A stretch of 64,000 bases of DNA from NCBI GenBank assembly GCA_050953065.1, contig JBMNLZ010000003.1, positions 160,001-224,000 of the forward strand. The letters run 5' to 3'. This document shows, piece after piece, positions 19,773-30,065 of the stretch. The notes under the pieces are model-generated. The model was given only the letters and a program-made list of their open reading frames with translations. It had not been told where the DNA came from and did not search any database. Numbering within the stretch: position 1 is the first letter of the stretch; each line of letters starts with the position of its first letter. This DNA is from Bacilli bacterium. Lineage in GTDB: Bacteria; Bacillota_I; Bacilli_A; ML615J-28; CAG-698. The translations under genes were made by a program, and so were the position numbers.

Positions 19773-22124
19773 TTATAGGATTTTTTCTAATAATTTTACA
19801 GTGCTTATAGCATCCTTACAATAATAATCAGCGTCTATCTCTTTGGCATATTCACTAGTCAAAACTGCTCCACCTACTAAAATTGGACAATCTACATTAA
19901 CTTTTCTTAATAAGTAGATAGTCTTTCTCATTGATTCAACTGTAGTAGTCATTAAAGCACTTAATCCTATTGCTTTAGGCTTATATTTATGATAAGCCTC
20001 AACCACCACTTCAGCCTTAACATCCTTTCCTAAATCAATAACCCTATATCCATAACTTTCTAAAACAACTTTAACTATGTTTTTACCAATATCGTGGATA
20101 TCTCCTTCAACGGTTGCTAAAATTATAGGTCCTTTTTTATCATCCTTACTTTCAAAACTTTTTTGGATTACTTCAAAAGCTTCTTTAGTAGCCTCAGCCG
20201 ATAAGATTAACTGAGGTAAGAAGATTTTTTTAGTTTCATACAAAACCCCAACCTCATCTAATGCTTTAATTAAAACTTCGTTGATAATATCCATTGGAGC
20301 CATAGTTTTTAATAATTCTTTAACAGCCTTTTTTGCTTCATCTTTTAAGCCCTGCTTTACAACATCATAAAGACTAAGATTAGTTTCACTTTTCTTTTCT
20401 ATTACAACATCAGTTTGTTTAGCAATATAATCAGTTGCATTTACATCCTTATTATAAAGAACATTAAAAGCACTAATAGCATCCATCATCTCTTTATCCA
20501 AAGGGTTAATAATTGCTAAATCAAGCGAATTTGCTAGAGCAGCAACTAAAAAAGTTTTATTAAGTAAATTTCTATTAGGAAGTCCAAAAGAAACATTACT
20601 AATACCTAAAGCTGTTTTTATTTTATATTTTGCTTTAATATTTCTTACTGCCTTTAGAGTTTCTACAACTTCAGCTTGTTGAGCTGAGGCAGTCAAAACT
20701 AAGCAATCAACAATAATTCTCTCTTCACTAATTCCATATTTTTTAGCTTCCTTTATAATTCTTTCTGCAATTTTTTCTCTTTCTAAAGCTGTCTTTGGTA
20801 AATCAGATCCATCAAGTGTTAATGCAATAACCAGTGCACCATATTTTTTCACAATTGGAAAGACTTTATTCATTGATTCTTGTTTACCATTAACTGAATT
20901 AATAATCGGTATTCCATTATAATAACGTGCACTTTTTTCTAACGCTTCATAATTTGCACTATCAAGTTGTAATGGTAACATTACAATTTCTTGAATTAGT
21001 TTTACTACTTTAGGTAAAACATTAACTTCATCGACACCACTTGCTCCAACATTAACATCTAAAATATCAGCTAAAGCTTTTTCTTGTAAAATTGCTTCAT
21101 GAATTACATAATCAAAATCTTGTTTTTGAAGTGCTTCTCTTAATAATTTTTTCCCAGTTGGATTAATCCTTTCCCCACAAACCAAAGGCTTAATTCCAAG
21201 TTCAACCGTCATTTGAGAACTTGAGGCTTTTGTTTTAACTGAATTAACTACTCTATTTAACTTAATATTTTTACATCTTTTAGCCAAAGCTTCTATATAC
21301 TTAGGAGTTGTTCCACAACATCCCCCAAGAACACTAACGCCAGATAATGCAAACTCTTCCATAACGTTTACATATTCTTCAGCCCCTATATTATAGCAAG
21401 TTTTACCATCTTTAAAACATGGTAATCCTGCGTTAGGTTGAACTAAAACTGGTAAATTAGTTGATTCTAAAAGTTTAAAAACAATTGGTTTTAATTCTTT
21501 TGGACCTAAAGAACAATTAACTCCGATTGCATCTACTCCTAGGTTTGTTGCGATATTTGCATATGTTTCAACATCAGTTCCCATTAAAGTTCTTTCATCA
21601 GCCTCAAATGACATACTAGAAAAAACAGGTAAATTTGAATTTTCTTTAACTGCAAGTATTGCTGCTTTTAATTCATAAACATCACTCATTGTTTCAATAA
21701 TAAATAAGTCAACCTTATCTTTAGCAAGTAAAACCTGTTCTTTAAATAATTCATATGCTCTATCAAACTCTAAAGCACCAAATGGTGCTAATAACTGACC
21801 AATCGGTCCAATATCATATGCTAAAAACTTATCTTTTTTAGCATATTTTTTTAAAGCATCACGTGCAACATCAATTGATGCGTTTACAATTTTTTCTAAA
21901 CTATATTTAGCTCCTTCTAATTTATAGCTATTAGAACCAAAAGTATTTGTAGTAATAACATCAGCACCAGATTCTAAATAGTTAAGATAAATACTTTCCA
22001 AAAACTCAGGGTCTTCGATGCTTACTAGCGAAGTATCTTGGCCTAGTTTTTGTTTTTCTTGAAGCAAAGTTCCCATAGCTCCATCAAAAATTATTATTCT
22101 TTTACCTAATATTTCTTTTAGCAT
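19773..22124 (-). CDS. metH: Cobalamin-dependent methionine synthase core (Hcy-binding, pterin-binding, cap and B12-binding domains; no activation domain)
   Basis: DGAMGT, GVNCS, GGCCGTTP, GERINPTG, GDIHDIGKNIV (DxHxxG), SALMTTT. Confidence 0.93.
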   Translation of the reverse strand: MLKEILGKRIIIFDGAMGTLLQEKQKLGQDTSLVSIEDPEFLESIYLNYLESGADVITTNTFGSNSYKLEGAKYSLEKIVNASIDVARDALKKYAKKDKFLAYDIGPIGQLLAPFGALEFDRAYELFKEQVLLAKDKVDLFIIETMSDVYELKAAILAVKENSNLPVFSSMSFEADERTLMGTDVETYANIATNLGVDAIGVNCSLGPKELKPIVFKLLESTNLPVLVQPNAGLPCFKDGKTCYNIGAEEYVNVMEEFALSGVSVLGGCCGTTPKYIEALAKRCKNIKLNRVVNSVKTKASSSQMTVELGIKPLVCGERINPTGKKLLREALQKQDFDYVIHEAILQEKALADILDVNVGASGVDEVNVLPKVVKLIQEIVMLPLQLDSANYEALEKSARYYNGIPIINSVNGKQESMNKVFPIVKKYGALVIALTLDGSDLPKTALEREKIAERIIKEAKKYGISEERIIVDCLVLTASAQQAEVVETLKAVRNIKAKYKIKTALGISNVSFGLPNRNLLNKTFLVAALANSLDLAIINPLDKEMMDAISAFNVLYNKDVNATDYIAKQTDVVIEKKSETNLSLYDVVKQGLKDEAKKAVKELLKTMAPMDIINEVLIKALDEVGVLYETKKIFLPQLILSAEATKEAFEVIQKSFESKDDKKGPIILATVEGDIHDIGKNIVKVVLESYGYRVIDLGKDVKAEVVVEAYHKYKPKAIGLSALMTTTVESMRKTIYLLRKVNVDCPILVGGAVLTSEYAKEIDADYYCKDAISTVKLLEKIL

Positions 22125-22153
22125 CTTACATATCCCCCTTTTTAAAGTGTATT

Positions 22154-22696
22154 TTAATTATATCCAATAATACCAACCATTGATTTAAGCGGCGTCATCA
22201 AAGAATCTTTACCTAATGTAAGCCCTATTTTTTTATCTGCTTGTAATACTTTGATTATGTCTTTATTTAATCCTAAGCTTGTACGTTGATATCCTGGACA
22301 AAAACGACGAGTTCTTTGAATTATATTTAGTTGTTCTTCTTCCTTATCTGCTACTTCTTCAACATAAGCACTACTTACAGCATCAAATACAACAGCTTTT
22401 GAAATATTTGTTTGTTGATAAAACTTAATTCTTTGATCAATTTCAAAACCTAAAGTTACCGCTAATAACAAACAATTATTAAACCCATCTAATAATTTAG
22501 AATATGGTCTTTCAGTTAATTCTATATTTGTATTAACTATCGTAATTTTTTCATGCTTTTCTAATTTAAAACTTTGAATTATGATTTTAGGTCTAGCAAT
22601 TTTTTTAACTTCCTCTAAACATTCATCAATTATCTTTTCTGTTTCAAGCGATTTACTTGATACTTTTAAATATGCTAAAGCTCGTTTTTTAATCAC
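22154..22696 (-). CDS. Stand-alone methionine synthase SAM-dependent activation domain
   Basis: AVTLG..ID, RFCPGY, IGLTL...LMTPLKS; directly upstream of the truncated metH. Confidence 0.85.
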   Translation of the reverse strand: MIKKRALAYLKVSSKSLETEKIIDECLEEVKKIARPKIIIQSFKLEKHEKITIVNTNIELTERPYSKLLDGFNNCLLLAVTLGFEIDQRIKFYQQTNISKAVVFDAVSSAYVEEVADKEEEQLNIIQRTRRFCPGYQRTSLGLNKDIIKVLQADKKIGLTLGKDSLMTPLKSMVGIIGYN

Positions 22697-23582
22697 CTTT
22701 CATCACACTCGCTAACAAACTAGGAATATTATCAAAAATAGCTTGAGCTATTTTTGGCCGATTCATCGAATAAATATGAATGCCATCAACATCATTTGCT
22801 AGTAAATCTATGATTTGATGAGTCGCATAATTAATTCCTAATTCAAGTGCTGCATCATCATCTTCATAAAATTTATTCATAACTTTTTCTAAAGCTTTAG
22901 GTATAGAAGCTCCACACATTTTAGTCATTCTATTAATTAATTTAATGTTTGTTACTGGCATAATTCCAGCAAGAATTGGAACAGTAATCCCTATTTTTCT
23001 TGCTTCTCTAACAAGTTTGTAAAAGTATTCATTATCAAAGAATAATTGGCTAACTAAAAACTTAGCACCAGCATCTACTTTTTTCTTTAGATTTGCCAAA
23101 TCTTCTTCAAAACTTTTAGCTTCAGGATGAACCTCAGGATAACATGCTCCACCAATACAAAACTCATCTTTAAAATTAGTGTTGATATATTCTGTTAACT
23201 CACTAGCATATTTAAAATCAGATGATAATTCCTTTGTACAATCTTGCGGCATATCTCCTCTTAATGCTAAAATGTTTTTTATTTTGTTTTTCTTTAATTC
23301 AAGGCATGCTTCATCAACATCTCCTTTTGAATGAACAATACAAGTAAAATGAGCTACAGCTGAAATATTATGCTTTTCTTCTATATATTTAGCAATTCTA
23401 ATAGTATCTTTTGAAGTAGATCCACCTGCTCCATATGTTACACTAATAAAATCTGGATTCAATTTAGCTAAAGAGTCAATTGTATCAAAAATAGAATCTA
23501 TATTAGTGGAATCCTTTTTGGGTGGAAATATCTCAAGAGAAATCGTTGTTTTCTTTTTTAAAAAAATTTCTTCGATTTTCAT
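22689..23582 (-). CDS. metF: 5,10-methylenetetrahydrofolate reductase
   Basis: SLEIFPPK, SVTYGAGGS, HFTC, LALRGD, YPEVHPE, QLFFDN. Confidence 0.96.
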   Translation of the reverse strand: MKIEEIFLKKKTTISLEIFPPKKDSTNIDSIFDTIDSLAKLNPDFISVTYGAGGSTSKDTIRIAKYIEEKHNISAVAHFTCIVHSKGDVDEACLELKKNKIKNILALRGDMPQDCTKELSSDFKYASELTEYINTNFKDEFCIGGACYPEVHPEAKSFEEDLANLKKKVDAGAKFLVSQLFFDNEYFYKLVREARKIGITVPILAGIMPVTNIKLINRMTKMCGASIPKALEKVMNKFYEDDDAALELGINYATHQIIDLLANDVDGIHIYSMNRPKIAQAIFDNIPSLLASVMKGD

Positions 23583-23591
23583 TTGTTTTTC

Positions 23592-24494
23592 CTAACGATC
23601 TATATCATAAGGTGTTACTTGATATACAAAGTAATTAAGCCAGTTTGAAAAAATAATATTAGCTGTACTTCTCCATCTAACTAAAACCTCTCCAGTTTTT
23701 GAAAAATAGTTATCTGGTTCATGAATATCTAACCCCTTAGCAAGATCCCTTTCATATTCTTGTTTTAAAGTATTTTTATCATACTCTAAATGACCTGTTA
23801 TAAAAATCTTTTTATCATCAATTGATCTAAAAATTGCAATACCTGTTTCATCTGATTCTGCTAAAGGTTCTAGATATTTACAATCATAAATTAGTTTTGA
23901 ATCAACAGCTGAATGTCTTGAATGAGGTATATAAAAAATATCATCCAGTCCCTTCAATAACGGAGAAAACTCAACACATTTTCTATGTTTATAGACTCCA
24001 AATAATTTATCATCTAACATATATTTAGGTATACCATAGTAATGGTATAGTGCAGCTTGTGCTCCCCAACAAATATAAATTGTACTAGTAACTTTTTTCT
24101 CAGCAAAATCCATAATATTTTTTAACTCATCCCAATACAAAACATCTTCAAAATCAAAGTTTTCAACAGGTGCTCCAGTTATAATCATCCCATCATATTG
24201 CTTATCTTTAATTTCATCAAATGTTTTATAAAACTTATCAAGATATGATTGTTCTGTATTTTTAGATGAATAAGTTGCAGTATTAAGTAAAGTAATATTT
24301 ACTTGAAGTGGTGAGTTTGAAAGTAATCTCATTAATTGCGTTTCAGTAACAATCTTAGTAGGCATTAAATTTACTATAACAATTTCAATCGGTCTAATAT
24401 CTTGAGTATCAGCTCTTAAGGAACTCATCACAAAAATATTTTCTTTTTCTAGCGTTTCATACGCTGGAATATCTTTTGGAATTACAATCGGCAT
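23592..24494 (-). CDS. metA: Homoserine O-acyltransferase MetA family, probably acetyl-specific
   Basis: NLMP.K..TE.Q, ICWGAQA, PHSRH, GHLEYD; GAPVE has Glu at the acetyl/succinyl specificity position. Confidence 0.94.
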   Translation of the reverse strand: MPIVIPKDIPAYETLEKENIFVMSSLRADTQDIRPIEIVIVNLMPTKIVTETQLMRLLSNSPLQVNITLLNTATYSSKNTEQSYLDKFYKTFDEIKDKQYDGMIITGAPVENFDFEDVLYWDELKNIMDFAEKKVTSTIYICWGAQAALYHYYGIPKYMLDDKLFGVYKHRKCVEFSPLLKGLDDIFYIPHSRHSAVDSKLIYDCKYLEPLAESDETGIAIFRSIDDKKIFITGHLEYDKNTLKQEYERDLAKGLDIHEPDNYFSKTGEVLVRWRSTANIIFSNWLNYFVYQVTPYDIDR

Positions 24495-24505
24495 ATTTAT
24501 TCCTC

Positions 24506-25771
24506 CTAAACTTTTTCTAAAGCTTGTTTGATATCTTCAATAATATCACTAATATCTTCTATTCCAATAGAAAGTCTTATTAAATCACTGCCAACTCCAC
24601 ATTTTTCTAAATCACTTGAAGACATTTGTCTGTGTGTAGTTGAAGCTGGATGAAGTACTGAACTTCTTAAGTCTGCAATATGAGTAACTAAAGATAGTAA
24701 TTTAAGGTTTTCTAAAAAGACAGCGACCTTATCTAATCCGCCTTTTATTCCAAATGAAAGCATACCACCACATCCGTTCGGCAAATATTTTAAAGCTAAT
24801 TTATGATATTTATTTTCTTCTAAATAAGGGCTGTTTACCCAAGCAACCTTAGGGTGTTTACTTAAAAAGCGAGCTATCTCTTTAGTATTTTCACTATGTC
24901 TTGCCATCCTTAACCCTAAAGTTTCAACACCTAGTATAGTTAAAAATGCAGTTTGAGGTGCCATAGTAGCGCCTAAATCTCTTAATAATTGAACTCTTGC
25001 TTTAGTTGTAAAAGGACTTTTATTTTGATAATACTTAACCCCGTGATAACTTTCATCAGGAATATAAAAGTCTTTATATCTTTTATTATTATTATAATCA
25101 AAATTACCTAAATCTACTATCACTCCGCCTAATGCTACAGCGTGACCATCTAAATATTTACTTGAAGAATAAACAACTACATTAGCCCCATATTCAAGTG
25201 GTCTAATTAAAACTGCTGTTGCTAAAGTATTATCAACAACAAATATAATTTTATGTTTTTTAGCAATTCTTGCGATTTTTTCAAAGTCAAGAACTATCAT
25301 AGAAGGATTTGCGATTGTCTCACCAAATATTAATTTTGTTTTATCATCGATTAATTCTTCTATTTTCTCTTCACTTGCATCCGGATTAAAAAATCTCGCT
25401 TCAATTCCATACTTTCTTAACGTAACATTCATTAAATTATGTGTTCCACCATATATTGAATTTGATGCAACGATATTATCTCCTGCACTACAAACATTTA
25501 AAATCGTTAATAAAGTTGCAGCTTGTCCTGAAGCACAAGCAAGACCGCCCACTCCACCTTCTAAAGCTGAAACCTTTTTCTCTAGCACATCAACTGTCGG
25601 ATTAGCAATACGAGTATAGAAAAAACCATCAGTTTTCAAATCAAAAAGATCAGCTAACTGAGATGCTTTTTCATAATAAAATGTTGTACTTTGAACAATT
25701 GGAGTAACACGTGGTTCTCCTTTTTTTGGTTTATAACCTTCTTGAACACAGATTGTATTAATTTTAGCCAT
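24506..25771 (-). CDS. metY: O-acetylhomoserine aminocarboxypropyltransferase (sulfhydrylase)
   Basis: YTRIANPT, LEGG, ASGQAA, DNT, SSSKYLDGH, HPASTTHRQ, IRLSIGIE. Confidence 0.9.
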   Translation of the reverse strand: MAKINTICVQEGYKPKKGEPRVTPIVQSTTFYYEKASQLADLFDLKTDGFFYTRIANPTVDVLEKKVSALEGGVGGLACASGQAATLLTILNVCSAGDNIVASNSIYGGTHNLMNVTLRKYGIEARFFNPDASEEKIEELIDDKTKLIFGETIANPSMIVLDFEKIARIAKKHKIIFVVDNTLATAVLIRPLEYGANVVVYSSSKYLDGHAVALGGVIVDLGNFDYNNNKRYKDFYIPDESYHGVKYYQNKSPFTTKARVQLLRDLGATMAPQTAFLTILGVETLGLRMARHSENTKEIARFLSKHPKVAWVNSPYLEENKYHKLALKYLPNGCGGMLSFGIKGGLDKVAVFLENLKLLSLVTHIADLRSSVLHPASTTHRQMSSSDLEKCGVGSDLIRLSIGIEDISDIIEDIKQALEKV

Positions 25772-25784
25772 TTTATTTTCCTCC

Positions 25785-26055
25785 TAAAAAATAAAAAAAT
25801 GTTTCAAATCCATAAGGACGAAACATAGTCGTGGTACCACCTTAATTCGCTTATCGCCTCACAGCAATAGGCCTCTTCGAGTACAATTATACTCTAGCAA
25901 AATAACGTTTGCAGACGTCTTGACCTAAACCTTACGAAAGCCTCAGCCAAGCAACTCCAGGGCCATTTTCAGATATAAATAACTTATTTGCTTTCCACCA
26001 TCAGCAAACTCTCTAGAAAGTATTTTTATACTTACTTTCCCCTTCACAGTCTTTT
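25785..26055 (-). promoter_or_regulatory. T-box riboswitch with Met (AUG) specifier
   Basis: Minus strand: AGAGAG and GATGGTGGAAAG in Stem I, GAAA-ATG-GCCC specifier (ATG at 25964-25966), T-box AATTAAGGTGGTACCACG, then terminator hairpin and poly-T before metY. Confidence 0.92.
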
Positions 26056-26073
26056 CACTTTGAAATTACCATA

Positions 26074-26102
26074 ATTATACTATTAATAAAAGAAATTGTC
26101 AA
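26074..26102 (-). promoter_or_regulatory. Consensus sigma-A promoter of the met leader
   Basis: TTGACA-17 bp-TATAAT. Confidence 0.85.
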
Positions 26103-26128
26103 TAATAAGCGATTATTATTTTAAAAAA

Positions 26129-26611
26129 TTATAGTTTTGGATAAATAGTATTAACTTCATTCAAATTGTTTATCACATCTTCTAAAAAATTAAGGGAATA
26201 TTTTTTAGCTTCTCTTAAATTCATATCAGTATAATTTCCACAATCCTTTGGACTTGCTCCTGGAATTTCTTTTGCTTCTAAAATATAATTTAACATCTTT
26301 TTAAGTAAATCTCTAATATCAAAAGAATTTAAATTCCCATAAAGTAATAAATAAAACCCAGTCCTACACCCCATTGGACCAAAATAGATAATTTTATCTT
26401 TAAATAAAAAATCGTTTCTTAAAAAAGTAGCTCCTAAATGTTCTATGGCATGAACTGCTCCTGTTGACATTACTTCTTCTTTATTAGGTTTTATAAACCT
26501 CAAATCAAAAGTTGTAATAACAACTTCTCCTTTTAAATAGTCTTTTCTTGAAACATAAATTCCTCTTTCTAATAAATTATGATTTATTTGAAAACTCGCT
26601 ATTTTTTCCAT
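26129..26611 (-). CDS. luxS: S-ribosylhomocysteine lyase LuxS
   Basis: IASF.INH, FDLRF..PN, HAIEH, GPMGCRTGFY, CGNY; start moved to MEKIASF, which follows SD gaggt. Confidence 0.95.
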   Translation of the reverse strand: MEKIASFQINHNLLERGIYVSRKDYLKGEVVITTFDLRFIKPNKEEVMSTGAVHAIEHLGATFLRNDFLFKDKIIYFGPMGCRTGFYLLLYGNLNSFDIRDLLKKMLNYILEAKEIPGASPKDCGNYTDMNLREAKKYSLNFLEDVINNLNEVNTIYPKL

Positions 26612-26715
26612 TATTTTTACCTCGTAATAATTATACTTCATTTTATAAGAAAAATGTATGTTTTATTTTCTTTTTTTCTTCTTTTATGTTAAAATAATTA
26701 AAAAAGGAGGATTAA

Positions 26716-27468
26716 ATGAAATTTATATCATGGAACGTTAATGGTTTAAGAGCAGCAATTAAAAAAGGGTTTTTTGATTTCTTTAACAAAATGGATGCAG
26801 ACATCTTCGCAATTCAAGAAACTAAAATGCAAGAAGAACAAAAAGATTTTGTTTTCCCTGGATATCATGAGTTTTGGTCTTCTGCTATTAAAAAGGGATA
26901 TTCAGGCACTTTAATTCTTACTAAAAAGGCTCCTTTAAGTGTTCATTATGGTTTGATGGATAATTTATATACTGATGAGGGAAGAGTAATCACATTAGAA
27001 TATGAAAAATATTATTTTGTTTGTGTGTATTCACCTAATTCTCAAAGAGAATTAACTCGCTTAGATTATAGAATGGAATTCGAAGATAGGTTTAATGAAT
27101 ACCTAAATTCTTTAAAAAATAAAAAAGCCGTTGTTGTTTGTGGGGACTTAAATGTTGCACACGAAGAAATTGACCTTGCTAACCCAAAAACAAATACTAT
27201 GAATGCTGGTTTTACAATTGAAGAACGAACTAAATTTTCCATTCTTTTAAAAAGTGGCTTTACTGATACTTTTAGATATCTATATCCAGACAAAATAAAA
27301 TATACTTGGTGGAGTTATATGCAAATGTCACGCTTTAAAAATATTGGATGGAGAATTGATTATTTTTTAGTATCAGATGACTTAAAAAACAATATTAAAG
27401 ACAGTTTAATCTATGATCAAGTCCTAGGAAGTGATCACTGTCCAGTCTCTTTAATCATTGATTTTTAA
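26716..27468 (+). CDS. xth: Exodeoxyribonuclease III / AP endonuclease
   Basis: SWNVNGLRA, IQETK, GYSG, GDLNVAH, YTWWSY, GWRIDYF, SDHCP. Confidence 0.96.
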   Translation: MKFISWNVNGLRAAIKKGFFDFFNKMDADIFAIQETKMQEEQKDFVFPGYHEFWSSAIKKGYSGTLILTKKAPLSVHYGLMDNLYTDEGRVITLEYEKYYFVCVYSPNSQRELTRLDYRMEFEDRFNEYLNSLKNKKAVVVCGDLNVAHEEIDLANPKTNTMNAGFTIEERTKFSILLKSGFTDTFRYLYPDKIKYTWWSYMQMSRFKNIGWRIDYFLVSDDLKNNIKDSLIYDQVLGSDHCPVSLIIDF

Positions 27469-27542
27469 TTTTTTTTTAAAGTATATTGCATATTCTAATT
27501 TTAAGTGTTATAATTTAGGTGTGATACGAAGGGGGTAATTTA

Positions 27543-27758
27543 ATGGAAGGTTATGTAAAGTTTATTGATGGGCTACCAAAGTTCTTAAAAGTAATATTTG
27601 CTTTACCCGTTTTAGATGGTATTTTTTATGGATTATACCGCATTGGAAAAGGAAAGATTCTTGAAGGAATTTTTTGGTTTTTTATTGGGTTGGTAATTTT
27701 TTGGATTTTAGATGTAATTTGGATAATTAAATTTAATCAACCTTGTATTATTACTTAG
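27543..27758 (+). CDS. Small hypothetical membrane protein (71 aa)
   Basis: Own promoter (TTGCAT...TGnTATAAT), SD gaagggg, hydrophobic segments, terminator downstream. Confidence 0.75.
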   Translation: MEGYVKFIDGLPKFLKVIFALPVLDGIFYGLYRIGKGKILEGIFWFFIGLVIFWILDVIWIIKFNQPCIIT

Positions 27759-27769
27759 AAATATTAAAT

Positions 27770-27797
27770 AAGGAACTGATATTGATATCAGTTCCTT
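27770..27797. terminator. Bidirectional terminator between convergent genes
   Basis: aaggaactgata-N4-tatcagttcctt. Confidence 0.75.
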
Positions 27798-27801
27798 TTC
27801 T

Positions 27802-29172
27802 TTATTTTCTTTCATCAAACTTTTTATATTCTTCTCTTGGAGAAACAGCAATATAAGCTGGTCTTATAATTTTACCATTATTAGCTAACTCTTCAATTCT
27901 ATGAGCGCCCCAACCAACCACTCTAGCAATTGCAAATAAAGTAATATACATTTCAGTTGGGATTTTTAACATTTGATAAATCAAGCCAGTATAAAAATCT
28001 ACATTAGGGCAAACACCTTTATAGATTTTTCTTTTCTCAGCAATTATTTTAGGAGCTATTTTTTCGATTTTATCATATAATTCAAATTCTTTATCCCAAC
28101 CACTTTCTTTAGCTAAATCCTTTGCAATACTTTTTAGAATGCCAACTCTTGGATCAGATAAAGAATATACCGCATGTCCCATACCATATATCAAACCAGT
28201 TTTATCAAAAACTTCTTTGTTTAGCATTTTATTTAAATATTCAGAAATTTTATCATCACTATAATCAGCAATGTTTTCTTTAATATGAGTCATCATTTCA
28301 ACTACTTTTAAAGCCGCCCCACCATGACGTGGACCTTTTAATGAAGCAAGGGAGGCAACGATAGCTGAATATGTATCAGTCCCTGATGATGTTACAACAT
28401 GAGTTGTAAAAGTAGAGTTATTACCACCACCATGTTCTGCTTGAATAACTAAACATAAATCTAAAGCTCTCGCTTCTAATTCAGTAAATTTATTACTACC
28501 ATGAAGCATATATAAAATATTTTCAGCTGTTGAATATTCTGGCTTTGGATTTCTAATTACAAGATTACCTTTATTATAATAATGATTATACGCTTGATAA
28601 CTATAAACTGTTAAGAGTGGGAATTTAGCTACTAATTCAATAACTTGTCTAAAAACATTCTCAACTGTAACATCATTAGCTTTATTATCATATGAATAAA
28701 GCGTTAAAACGCTTCTTGCAAGCATATTCATCATATCATTATTCGTAGCTTTTAAAATAATATCTCTAACAAAACTATCTGGTAAACTTCTAAAACCACT
28801 CATTAATTCATCAAATTCTTCTAATTCTTCTTTAGTTGGAAGTTTCCCACAAATAAGCAAATAAATTATTTCTTCAAAACCATATCTTTTTTCTTTAATA
28901 AAACCACTAACTAAATCTTTTATATTATAGCCTCTATAGAAAAGTTCTCCATCAGCAGGAATTTTATTCCCGTTTTCATCTATTATGAAACCATTTATCT
29001 CTGAAATTTTTGTTAAACCACAAACTACACCCTTACCATTTATGTCTCTTAAGCCTCTGTATACTTTGTGATAAGCATATAACTCATTTTCAATAACATC
29101 ATTAATTGTAGCTTTTTTACTTAATGTTATTAACTTCTTTTCAGCCTTTTTTAAAAATTCTTCAAATACCAT
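27802..29172 (-). CDS. gltA: Citrate synthase (Si-type, clostridial-like)
   Basis: GELFYRGY, AEHGGGNNST, GPRHGGA, GMGHAVY..SDPR, NVDFYTG, IARVVGWGAH, IIRP. Confidence 0.93.
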   Translation of the reverse strand: MVFEEFLKKAEKKLITLSKKATINDVIENELYAYHKVYRGLRDINGKGVVCGLTKISEINGFIIDENGNKIPADGELFYRGYNIKDLVSGFIKEKRYGFEEIIYLLICGKLPTKEELEEFDELMSGFRSLPDSFVRDIILKATNNDMMNMLARSVLTLYSYDNKANDVTVENVFRQVIELVAKFPLLTVYSYQAYNHYYNKGNLVIRNPKPEYSTAENILYMLHGSNKFTELEARALDLCLVIQAEHGGGNNSTFTTHVVTSSGTDTYSAIVASLASLKGPRHGGAALKVVEMMTHIKENIADYSDDKISEYLNKMLNKEVFDKTGLIYGMGHAVYSLSDPRVGILKSIAKDLAKESGWDKEFELYDKIEKIAPKIIAEKRKIYKGVCPNVDFYTGLIYQMLKIPTEMYITLFAIARVVGWGAHRIEELANNGKIIRPAYIAVSPREEYKKFDERK

Positions 29173-29274
29173 ACATCTGTCCCCTTTTATATAGTATATA
29201 TTATACCATAAAACTCATTTTTTTTCAAACTCTAATTTTAAAAAAAGCCCTAGAATATCTAGGGCTTTAAAAAC

Positions 29275-29907
29275 TTAATCGCTAACTATACAAGTTCTAA
29301 CTCTTGAAAAATTCTCTTTTTCTAAGTCGTCCTCATCGATATAAAACACCAAAATACCTGTGTCTCCAAATTCGATTTCAAAATCTTCACCTAAAAAACT
29401 CTTAACTTGTAAAAGTGGAATCCAATCATCAATCATTTCATCAATAAAATCTTCAAATTCAAGAATTTCATATCCCAACATTTTATGAGGATTACCGTCA
29501 ACAATATCATCCTCATCATCTTCTGCAGCTTCAAAATTCATTGCAAGCGGAGCATATTCTTCTACCACAGTATGATCATGATCACCTTCATACGGTACTA
29601 GGCTACTGGTATTACCATCATAATATATGATGCGACATGAATTTGGTTCAATTGTAGAATCAGCCATTGTTTCTAAATCATAGAAAACATAAAGCATTCC
29701 CTTTTTAGGCAATCTTCTTTCTTTATCATATTTGGCTAATTCTTCTAAATTAATTTGACACAAGAAATTTAAATCATACTGATCTCCAGACTCAAGATAA
29801 TACGGCCATTGAAAACCTTCAAAGACATCTGGAATCCCCCAAAATCTACTAGCGCCTATTTCTAAACATTTATCATCATTTTCTAACCCTATTTTAATGC
29901 AATTCAT
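29275..29907 (-). CDS. DUF1963/YwqG-family protein
   Basis: SRFWG.P, FLCQINL.EL, LP..GMLY.FYD, HKMLGY, LLQ, FGD.G.L.FYI...DL...NFS. Confidence 0.85.
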   Translation of the reverse strand: MNCIKIGLENDDKCLEIGASRFWGIPDVFEGFQWPYYLESGDQYDLNFLCQINLEELAKYDKERRLPKKGMLYVFYDLETMADSTIEPNSCRIIYYDGNTSSLVPYEGDHDHTVVEEYAPLAMNFEAAEDDEDDIVDGNPHKMLGYEILEFEDFIDEMIDDWIPLLQVKSFLGEDFEIEFGDTGILVFYIDEDDLEKENFSRVRTCIVSD

Positions 29908-30065
29908 AACTTATATAAATAGTAATTTTATTACTATTTTCCCCCTTTCAGAAAAATATTAAATAGTGTTTTATATAAATTCCTCCTACTTTAATTCTAA
30001 CATATAACTTTTCTTTAATCAACACTATACGGAATGAAAAACTCTCTTTTAAAGAGAGTTTAAGA

